64,000 nucleotides of DNA from a virus. The notes under the pieces were generated by a model that had not been told where the DNA came from, ran no database searches, and saw nothing but the letters and a program-made list of their open reading frames with translations. The stretch covers positions 19,653 to 83,652 of IMG/VR virus record IMGVR_UViG_3300021085_000019. One strand, written 5' to 3'. Positions 1-9,900 of this stretch are shown here, piece after piece. How positions within the stretch are numbered: position 1 is the stretch's first letter; the number at the start of each line of letters is the position of its first letter. Both the position numbers and the translations under genes were made by a program.

Positions 1-1
1 G

Positions 2-1546
2 GGAATAACTCCCGGTACAGGATTAGATGTAAGTAATACACCGATTACAACTAGCGGTAATATAAGTATCTCTTTAGACTTATCAGACCTTACTGATATG
101 ACTGCAACGGTTAATAGAGATCAAGACGAACTTATATTGCTTGATAATGGAGCCGAACGTAGAAAGCTGACTAAGGAAATTGGACTGTCAGTCTTTAACA
201 ATGACCTTGGAAACTATGGAGGTTTCTCTACAACCGATACATTCTTAAGTGATGTAACAGCTATCACTGATAATACAACCGATATTAAATTGGTTCACAC
301 AATGTCTAACGCCGCTACCCACGATATTGTTATAGAAGCTGGATCTGGTATTACACTAACAGATAATGCTAATAATGATTATGCGTTTGAAATCTCTGTT
401 AATGAATCTGATCTTGACTTTGATAACTATGCGCATTGGAGATTTAAGGAAGGTAATGGTACTGAGACTGGTATTATTACTTCAGAAGATACTTTACACT
501 TCGCTCAAGACGGTATTACTACTGTTGAAAAGACCGCTGATGATCAATTGACGATTAGTACTCCAGGCACAGATTTATCTAATACTACTACCACTACTAA
601 AGTCACTGTTGCATCGAGTACTGGTAATAATACTGATATATTAGAAGCCACGGGTTCAAGAGCTGGTGTAATGACAGTTGCGCATCATGATAAACTTGAT
701 GCTATTGCACCAAGTGCTGAAGTTAACCAAAATGCATTTAGTAATCTCATGGCGAATACATATGATTCTAGTACTCAGACTGGAATAAATGTTGCAGTAC
801 TTTCTGCAGATAGTAAAACAGATACATTTACTATTGAAACTGGTCATGGATTTACAACTACAGCAACTTCTTCTTCTGATTCAATGACAATCAATAGAAA
901 TAATGATTGGAGAACAAAATACGATAACGATAATGCTTACGTAGGTAATAAGAGTAAAGAATACATATACTTTGATCCAGCTGGAGAAGTTAAGTTATAC
1001 TCTCATGGCGTAGAAAATGTAAGATTTTATAACCCTAGCGGGACCGTAAATAGTGTCATGTATTTCCCGCATTCAATGGGCCCAGCTATGGGTATTAAAA
1101 GTAGTGAGGGTACTGGAAGTAATAAGTTAGAGATATTTGCTGAAAACACTGGTAACCTAGATGCGAAATTTATATTTACTCATGCTGGAGCGTTACATGT
1201 ACATGATGATATTACAGCTTTCTCATCATCAACTGCCTCTGATGTTAAACTCAAAGAAAATATTGAAAGAGTTGAAGGTGCATTAGATAAAGTATCACAA
1301 TTAGATGGCGTAACATTTACTTGGAAGAGAGACGGAAAAGAATCTGCTGGTGTTATTGCACAAAATGTAGAAGAGGTATTACCATCTGCAGTAAAAGAAG
1401 TTGAGACAGTAGATGGTGAAGAAATTAATAAGCATGTTGATTATACACAATTATCGGCATTGTTCATCGAAGCAATTAAAGAATTAAAAGAAGAAAATAA
1501 ATTACTTAGAGCTGAGATTGAAAGCTTAAAAGATATAAATAGTTAA
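2..1546 (+). CDS. Tail fibre protein, 5'-truncated, with C-terminal peptidase S74-type intramolecular chaperone
   Basis: Frame is open from base 2 (GITPGTGLDV...), so the ATG at 98 is internal. C-terminus has SDVKLKENI...LDGVTFTWK...GVIAQNVEEVLP followed by a coiled coil. Confidence 0.85.
   Translation, partial: GITPGTGLDVSNTPITTSGNISISLDLSDLTDMTATVNRDQDELILLDNGAERRKLTKEIGLSVFNNDLGNYGGFSTTDTFLSDVTAITDNTTDIKLVHTMSNAATHDIVIEAGSGITLTDNANNDYAFEISVNESDLDFDNYAHWRFKEGNGTETGIITSEDTLHFAQDGITTVEKTADDQLTISTPGTDLSNTTTTTKVTVASSTGNNTDILEATGSRAGVMTVAHHDKLDAIAPSAEVNQNAFSNLMANTYDSSTQTGINVAVLSADSKTDTFTIETGHGFTTTATSSSDSMTINRNNDWRTKYDNDNAYVGNKSKEYIYFDPAGEVKLYSHGVENVRFYNPSGTVNSVMYFPHSMGPAMGIKSSEGTGSNKLEIFAENTGNLDAKFIFTHAGALHVHDDITAFSSSTASDVKLKENIERVEGALDKVSQLDGVTFTWKRDGKESAGVIAQNVEEVLPSAVKEVETVDGEEINKHVDYTQLSALFIEAIKELKEENKLLRAEIESLKDINS
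1534..1541 (+). promoter_or_regulatory. T4-type late promoter
   Basis: TATAAATA 17 nt upstream of the 1559 start. Confidence 0.7.
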
Positions 1547-1558
1547 AGGAATTGAGGA

Positions 1559-1909
1559 ATGGCGATATATTCTAACTTAACAGTAGATCAAGGTTCAACA
1601 TTTTCAGTCGAGATTGACGTAACAGACTCGGCTGGAGATCCATTAAACCTTACTGGTTATCAAGTTGCAGGGCAGATAAGAAAAACTTATAGCTCTAATA
1701 CATTTACCAATTTTGCTGCATCTGTTTACAACAATATAGGTGGAGTAGTAAAAATAGAATTAAGCGCTGCTACTACGAACGCGATGAAAGCTGGAAGATA
1801 TGTCTACGATGTAGAAATATCAAGAACTATTAATAGTGTTGATGAAGTTACTCGTATAGTAGAAGGGCAGTTAGAAGTTAAACCAGGAGTTACTAAGGTA
1901 ATAGAATGA
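1559..1909 (+). CDS. Small virion structural/adaptor protein
   Basis: NLTVDQGSTF...GRYVYDVEI...RIVEGQLEVKPGVT pattern typical of aquatic T4-like tail regions; GAGG SD. Confidence 0.65.
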   Translation: MAIYSNLTVDQGSTFSVEIDVTDSAGDPLNLTGYQVAGQIRKTYSSNTFTNFAASVYNNIGGVVKIELSAATTNAMKAGRYVYDVEISRTINSVDEVTRIVEGQLEVKPGVTKVIE

Positions 1910-2151
1910 CTATAAAGGCTAAGATAAGGCAGACCGGAAAGTTAATAGGTAAGGCACAGACACAGAATGAAATTGTAGCTACTTCAATGAAAATCCAAGC
2001 TGGTGAATTAAGGCTTGGAGATTTGGCCGATGTTGACGCATCTCAACAAGCAGATGGAACTATGATGATTTACGATGCTGCATCAGGCACATATAAAATT
2101 ACAACTCAGATTGAAAATGAGAATCTGAATATAATAGGAGGCACGTACTAG
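1906..2151 (+). CDS. Small fibre-associated protein
   Basis: ATGA overlap with upstream gene; LGDLADVD motif; ends IIGGTY. Confidence 0.65.
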   Translation: MTIKAKIRQTGKLIGKAQTQNEIVATSMKIQAGELRLGDLADVDASQQADGTMMIYDAASGTYKITTQIENENLNIIGGTY

Positions 2152-3824
2152 TGGCTAATTTGACAAGAATAAAAATCTTAACTACGGGGTCAACCACTAC
2201 CGCTCCTAGTAATCTAAAAACTGGTGAGTTAGCGTACTCCTACGTAGCTGGAACACAGGCAAATAATGGTGACAGATTATATATCGGAACAGGAGCTGAA
2301 AGCGGAAATCCTGCAGTTGCATCAACAGTTGATATTATTGGCGGTAAGTATTTTACTAGCTTATTAGCTCATGAGCACGGAGTACTAACTAATAATAGTG
2401 CAGTGATTGTTGGACCAACTGGAAAGGTTGATCAATTTAATGTAGACAATTTAAAATTAGATGGAAATTCTATTACTTCTACCAACACTGATGGTAATAT
2501 AGTAATTAATCCAAATAATAATGGTAAAACCGTATTGCATAATACGTTTATTGGTGGGACAAGTGTAAGTTTAGAAGAATTTATTTATGATACAGTTGGA
2601 GGAGCAGTAACTGCAGGGACAGGAATTACTGTTACTAACGACGATGCTGGTAACTCATCAACAGTTTCTATTACAAACACTGGAGTATCTGCAGGAACAT
2701 ATGGTTCGGCTTCTAAAATTCCAGTACCTGTCGTAAATGCTCAAGGTCAAATCACATCTATTACTGATGTTCATCTTCCAGACTTAGCATTTTCTGGTGA
2801 TTCTGGCACAGGAGCAATTGATCTTAATACTGAAACGTTGACATTTTCTGGCGATACCGGAATTACTACAACAGTAAGTGCAAACGATGTTAATATTGAT
2901 TTAGACGATACTACTGTTAGTGCGGGTCAGTACGGTTCAGCAACTCAGATTGCACAGTTTACAGTCGACGTTCAAGGTAGGTTAACACAAGCTGCCAATA
3001 TTAATATTGCTACAACTCTTAATATCGCCGCGGATAGCGGGACAGATGATGGAGTTGCTCTATTAACTGATACGCTTACTATTGCTGGTACAACTAACGA
3101 AATTGAAACATCTGTTACAGGCGATACAATTACAGTCGGACTACCTAACAACGTAGAAATTGGCAACAATCTTGTTGTTGGTGGCAACTTAACAGTTGAA
3201 GGTACAACTACTACTGTCGAATCTACTATTATTGCGCTATCTGATCCTGTTATTGCTCTTGCAGACGATACTACATCAGTCACTTCAGACGGATTTGATC
3301 GTGGTGCTAGATTTAAGTGGGGTAATGGAACAGCCGTTAAAACTGGTTTCTTTGGTTTTGACATTCAAACAGAAAGATTTGTATTTACTAAAGACGAAAC
3401 AGTTACGTCCGATGATTTCTCATCGCCTTGGGGTGACGCTGAATTTGGAAATGTTTATGGTACTGGTGCTGACTTTGGTAATGTACAAGTTGGATTAGGC
3501 GACAATCAGACAATTACTACTGCATCTGGAAAACTAGTTCTAGACGCGTCAACCAATGAAGTTGAAGTAAATGCTTTCCTAGATGTTAATGGTAATGCTG
3601 ACGTAAGTGGTACTTTAAATTCTACAACCCTCACTCTTACAAATGACCTCGCTGTTACTCATGGTGGTACTGGATTAAGTTCTTTCACCGGCAAAGCGGT
3701 GTTTATTTCTAACAATGCTGGAACTGCAGTCTCATTCCTAACTGGAACCGAAGGTAACATTATACAATTTAACAATCAAGGTGAACCTATTTCATCAAAT
3801 ATAATTGACGGCGGAGAATATTAA
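2151..3824 (+). CDS. Tail fibre protein with Mtd_N-like N-terminal domain
   Basis: GTG start after GGAGG; APSNLKTGELAY N-terminus; G/T/S-rich repeats (AGTYGSA..IP..VNAQGQIT twice); ends IDGGEY. Confidence 0.75.
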   Translation: MANLTRIKILTTGSTTTAPSNLKTGELAYSYVAGTQANNGDRLYIGTGAESGNPAVASTVDIIGGKYFTSLLAHEHGVLTNNSAVIVGPTGKVDQFNVDNLKLDGNSITSTNTDGNIVINPNNNGKTVLHNTFIGGTSVSLEEFIYDTVGGAVTAGTGITVTNDDAGNSSTVSITNTGVSAGTYGSASKIPVPVVNAQGQITSITDVHLPDLAFSGDSGTGAIDLNTETLTFSGDTGITTTVSANDVNIDLDDTTVSAGQYGSATQIAQFTVDVQGRLTQAANINIATTLNIAADSGTDDGVALLTDTLTIAGTTNEIETSVTGDTITVGLPNNVEIGNNLVVGGNLTVEGTTTTVESTIIALSDPVIALADDTTSVTSDGFDRGARFKWGNGTAVKTGFFGFDIQTERFVFTKDETVTSDDFSSPWGDAEFGNVYGTGADFGNVQVGLGDNQTITTASGKLVLDASTNEVEVNAFLDVNGNADVSGTLNSTTLTLTNDLAVTHGGTGLSSFTGKAVFISNNAGTAVSFLTGTEGNIIQFNNQGEPISSNIIDGGEY

Positions 3825-3841
3825 TTCAAGGTTTCTTCTAG

Positions 3842-3849
3842 TATAAATA
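3842..3849 (+). promoter_or_regulatory. T4-type late promoter
   Basis: Intergenic TATAAATA. Confidence 0.8.
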
Positions 3850-3921
3850 GAATAAAGGTTTATATAAACCATTAGAATTTTATACAGCTCTATATAGAGA
3901 TTGACATAGGAGAAGCCTAAA

Positions 3922-6900
3922 TTGGCCAGAAAGACAGACATTAGACTAAGGCGTTCTAATACAGAAAACGCTATACCAACTCACACCAATTTGAATGATG
4001 GCGAACTCGCCATGAACACCTATGACGGTGCTCTTTATTTCAAAAAATCTGATAACACGATAATTACTGCACACGATAATACTATTTTACATCTTAATAG
4101 TAATACAAGTCGTGTCGGTATTGGAACAACATCTCCGGCCGGTAATCTTCATGTCAAATCTGTAGGTGATGTCGGCGATGCTTTACTTATCGTTGAAGCA
4201 GATGCAGATAATAATGTTGAAGGCGATAATCCAAAAATTGAATTAAGACAGGATTCTGGTTTTGTTACAGGCGCTATGTATTTAGAAGGTAATGCCGCCT
4301 CACAAGCAACTAACTCATTACAAAACGGTTTTTTACTAGACGCAAAAGGAGCCTCAAGCGATGGAGGCACAATACAATTTGCTACTGGTGGATTAGCCGC
4401 TAATCAAAGTGGCGGACCGACCAATAGTGCTGTGAGAATGACAATTCTACGGGACGGAAACATAGCCATTGGTCAAATCACATCTAGCCATAAACTTACA
4501 GTAGCAGGAAATACTTTCTTATCAGGCGATAACAGACATGTATATTTTGGTGGTAATAATACTTTTATTGGAGAAAATTCTAGTTCTAGTAAACTAGAAT
4601 TAAGAGGCGGCGGGTCTAGCTCATCAGAAACAGTTTATGTCAATAGTAATGGAGCAGTCGGTATTGGGATAATTGCACCTACTGAAAAGCTTCATGTTGT
4701 TGGTAATGCAATTTTTCATTCTGGTGCGGCATACGGCGATTTAGTCGTTGGGCGTGGCTCCAACCAAGAAATTAAATTATACGTTAGTGACGCAAATACA
4801 CAAATTATTGGATATCAGGATAGTGACAGTGATGGAAATCATTCTTTCGATATAATCAGAGAATTTGATGGTGCTGGTGAAAATGATTTTACTATTAGAA
4901 AGGGGTCAGGATCAGTACAATTTGATATTAATAAAGATGGTAATATTACATTTAATAATGCATTTACTTTTCCAAATGCAGATGGACAAGCTGATCAGAT
5001 ATTAAAAACAAATGGAAGTGGTACCTTAACTTGGGCAAATGATTCTGGTGGTGGATCTTCAGTTAGTCTATCCGATAGTGATAACGACACTCTTATTCAA
5101 GTAGAAGAAAGCAATGACGAAGATATAATTAGATTTGATGTTGCGGGTTCTGAAGTTGCTCAAATGACTGACGACGGCCTTATATTGAATGATGGATATA
5201 ATTTTGAAGGCGATGTTATTGGAGCTATTAAATTTAAGGCACAAGCTGGTGAAGCTTTAACAAAGGGTGATGTAGTTTATATATCTGGTATATCAGGTAA
5301 TACAACAGTAGTATCAAAGGCAGATGCAAATGACGCTGCTAAAATGCCGGCGTTTGGATTAGCTGCAAGTACAGTAAGTTTAAATGCTGCGGTACAAATT
5401 GTCACATTTGGTACTTTACAAGGAATAGACACATCATCATATTCAGAAGGTGATGAACTATACGTTAATGTATTAGCCGGCACACTCACAGATAGCGCTC
5501 CTACAGGTTCTAGCTCTGCGTTACAAAAAATAGCAAAGGTCACTCGATCAGATGCAAGTGCTGGTTCAGTAAAAGTTTCAGGAGCTGGAAGAACAAACGC
5601 TACTCCTAATCTTGATGAAGGTAAGATATTTGTAGGTAATGCTTCTAATAAGTCTGTTCAAGGCGATGATACACTTCATGTTGATATGGCTAATAGCCGT
5701 GTTGGTATTAATAAAGCTTCTCCCGACCGTTCACTGCATATTGATGGAACTGTTAGAATCGACGGGGGAACAGGAGTAGTTTCGACTGGTGTTTTAGAAG
5801 TAATGCAAAATGGCGATACTGCCAATAACGCAATCGCTCTAACAAGCAGTAATGCCGTTTCAACTAGGATATGGAAAAATGGTAGTGGAACATTTTTTAT
5901 TGGATCGTCTAGTGCTAATAACGCTTTTCAACAATTAGTAAATGGCAATACTACTATCAATGCTCAAGAGTTTACTATAGCACATGCCAACCCAACTCTT
6001 ATATTAAAAGACACAACTGACGACGATGATCATAATATATTATTTAAAGACAGCTCCGATAATACTATTGCTAAAATAAGTACAGCTTTACCAGTAATGG
6101 ATGATTTAAATATTGGTACTGTTACTGCTAGGGAATTTAATCTATTCACAAATAACACCACCGCGATGTCAATCGACACATCTCAAAACTCAGTATTTGC
6201 AGGTGATGTTTCTATTTTAACCGGCACAAGCGCTAAGCAAGCTAGTGATATGTTATATATTGGCGGATCCGGTTTAGGTAGCACTGATGCAGCAATTTAT
6301 CTAGGAAATGCCGGTGACGGAACTGGATATGGATGGAGATTTTTCTATAAAGGTTCTGGTGATGGTAATGAAAATAGATTAATTATTAGATCTGAAAATT
6401 CCGGATCGCCAGTCGATGCATTGTCGTTTACCCAAAATGGCCAGGCATTATTCGGCGATAGCATTGTAATGGGTAATAGTGAGAAGATATACTTCTTATC
6501 AAATGGTGACGCGAATACTGGATCATCGTATTGGTATAGAGCTGGTGGTAATGCTACTAGATTGCTTTATAGAGATAATGTTTTAGTGTTTGATGCATAT
6601 CAAGATCATTCTGCTGAATTTAGAAACTCTAACGATGATATTATATTTAAAGTCACTCCAAATGCAACTGCTACTAATAGTGCAACAATAGTTAGTAATG
6701 GTAACTTTTCTATCGCTAATGGAGCATTAAATATTGGAGGATCTGAGCTTTCTGACAATAATAGAAATGTAACAACTAATAATTTAACTGTTGGTGGTAA
6801 TTTAACAGTTAATGGTTCTGTGACAACATTAAACACTGCCACGCTTACCGTTGATGATTTAAATATTACAATCGCTGATGGAGCCGCTAATGCAGCTGCC

Positions 6901-9900
6901 GCAAATGGTGCTGGAATTACGGTTGATGGTGCAAATGCTACAATTACATATACATCAGCCCAAGATGAATGGAACTTTAATAAAAATGTAGTAATCGGCG
7001 GAAAGGACACAACTGCTTCTTTCCCACTTATGATAAGATCTGATTCTGCGCATAAGGGACTTCATATAGAAGAAAATGCTGGCGCCGAAAGTTGGCAGAT
7101 GGGCGTTAGTGTTACTGGCGATTTACACTTTTATAATTCTGGTTCTAATACTGCTTCTGTTACTTTTGAAGATAGTGGTGATGTTGGTATTGGGGTATCA
7201 GCACCAGGCCAAAAATTAGATGTTGCAGGTAATGTTCGAGTTACAAATAACGCAGCATTTATGGGAACAAATGTCGCTGGAAGTTCTAGGTCGCTTGTGC
7301 ATTTGGGCAATGATAATATTCTAAGAATAAAGGGTAACGATTCAGAAGGTTCTGCTAATGTAATGTCTATGATTGCTGGCGGTAGTGTTGGTATTGGAAC
7401 TACTGCGCCAATCGCTAAGCTTGATGTGAACGGAAGTATTAATGTAAAACAAGCTACTTCTATTGCATTAGCTCAAGACACTTCTAGTACTGTTGCTATT
7501 CTAATTCCTAGAGGTTTAAAAATTGCAAGTAATACCACAGGAGATTATATTAGAAATATAATTGAACACGGTGGTACGACCGGTAATGGTCCTATTAATA
7601 TTGGCCAACAAGGAACGGCCATTATTACTGATATTAATTTATATCCTGGAAGTTCAGGAAAAATGCAGGTTTTCTCTGATGGAACTTCAACAGCTAAAGT
7701 TGTAATTGATTCCGCAGGTAAAATGAGCATAGGAAATAATAATCCAGAATATAATCTTGATATTCGTGGCGATAGCCCAGTTTTAAGAATTGCCGATGAC
7801 AATTTAAATAACGTAGAAGATGCTGCAGCAATTTGGTTTGGTGAAAATGATACAAGTGAATCCAGAGGGGCTGGTATAACATATGACGGAGCTAATAACG
7901 CTTTACATTTTAGAACGAGTAATAACGGTGCAACTTTAACAGATCCATTTGATTCAGAAAAACGTATGACAATACTTGAAACAAATGGTAATGTCGGAAT
8001 AAACATAACAGACCCAGATGAAAAATTAGAAGTCAACGGATCTATTAAAGTAGACTACAGTAGCACAAATGCTAATATGTTTAAGCAAGGAAACGCTTTT
8101 GGTGGTGGGTCTATTACTCCTTTTAATAACAGTGGACATTTTGTTTTTAATGTAGAATATACAGCTGGAGATTCTGATTACATCTGGAGAGTAAACGATA
8201 CAACTGAGCTGATGAGACTTGAAGAACAAGGACAGCTTGGTATCGGAACGAATAACCCAACTGAAAGACTGCACGTATCTAATATAACCGGTGGTGAAAC
8301 TAAAATACGAATCGATTCACTAGACAATGCTAGAAACAATTATATTGGTATTACTGGACATGATAACTTAGTATTGTCTGCAGATGCTGGTCAAGAGGGC
8401 GCGGACAGTTCTATTAGATTTAATGTTGATAATGCAGAAGTTGGTAGATTTACGCACCATGGCAGATTTGGAGTTGGAGGAATTATTCCAGCTACTACTT
8501 TAGAAATTTCTGATAGTGCGCCTAAACTAAGAATTACAGATACTAGAAATATTTCATGGACCGTAGGTGATACTATGGCGTCAATTGAATTTGATAGTGA
8601 CGATTCATCAGGTGGAGCAGGGACCTCAGCTGAGCCTAGAGCGGCAATTACAATGTATGCGGCCAGCACTTTTGGTTCATCAACAGGCCTAGCCTTCTAT
8701 ACTAAGTCTGATACTACTGACTATCCAACTAGGCAAATGGTTATTACTAACGACGGCAAGGTTGCTATCGGTACTTTAACAGCAAATGCTAAGCTTCATG
8801 TATCAGATGCGTCTGCACCAACATTTAGACTTTCAAGAACTGGCACAGGTCAAATTTGGCAACAGTCTATTGATTCAAGCGGTAGATTTCTTTTACAAGA
8901 AGGAGCAAGTGAAGGCGGTACAAAATATACTAGATTCGCAATAGATGATGATGGAAACGTAGGTATCGGCACAGGTGATCCAGGAAGGAAATTGCACGTT
9001 GAAGGGGACAACAATACTGCTATAACTGTTGTATCACCAAATACAAACTATGCTCAATTAGCTTTAGGTGATACAGATGATGATAATTATGCTCAACTAA
9101 TATTAGATAATGCTACTAATAAACTACAACTTCAAAATGGCGGCGGAGGAGTTGTAGGCGAAAGAGGAATTACATTAGATAGTTCAGAAAAAGTCGGTAT
9201 TGGAACGTCTTCTCCAAGAGAAGAGCTGGAAGTTAATGGTACTATATTCGCAACTCCGGCCAGCTATGCATCAAATCAGAATACGTATGTCTTAAAAGTA
9301 GGAGCTACTAATAATACTGCCTGGGATGGAATGGGCTTTAAGTTGAAGTCTTTATCTGGTGGATCGCCGTATCTAAGTGTTATGGGAAGTCCTTCTGTTG
9401 AAACAATGGTCTGGAAAAGCCAGCATGTAGGCATGGGAATTGCTGATCCATCTGTAAGCGGATCTAGAACTACTTTACACATTGATAATGTAAGTAACGG
9501 CTCAGCAATTAGACTATCACAAAATGACTCAGGGGCGTTATTTAGATATGATACGACTGCTGGCTTAAAAATAGGAACCATTTCTACTGAAAATTTAACA
9601 CTTGAAACTGACGATGTCGCTAGGTTGGTAATTGCTGCAGATACCGGTAATGTTCTTATTGGCACTAATACAGTACAGCCTGAAAAGCTTTATGTAAATG
9701 GTGCTACAAGAATTGTCGGCCAAGGCAATACGCAACCTGCGTTTGAAGTATTTACTAGTCAAGATAATGACGCCACTGATGATTACAATGCTATGGTTAT
9801 TGATTATAATGTTACCGGTAGCCAAACGATTGTTTCTGATGATACACTTCATAAAGCTTTATTCATTGATGTAGATTCTACTGCAACCGGAGGCACCACA

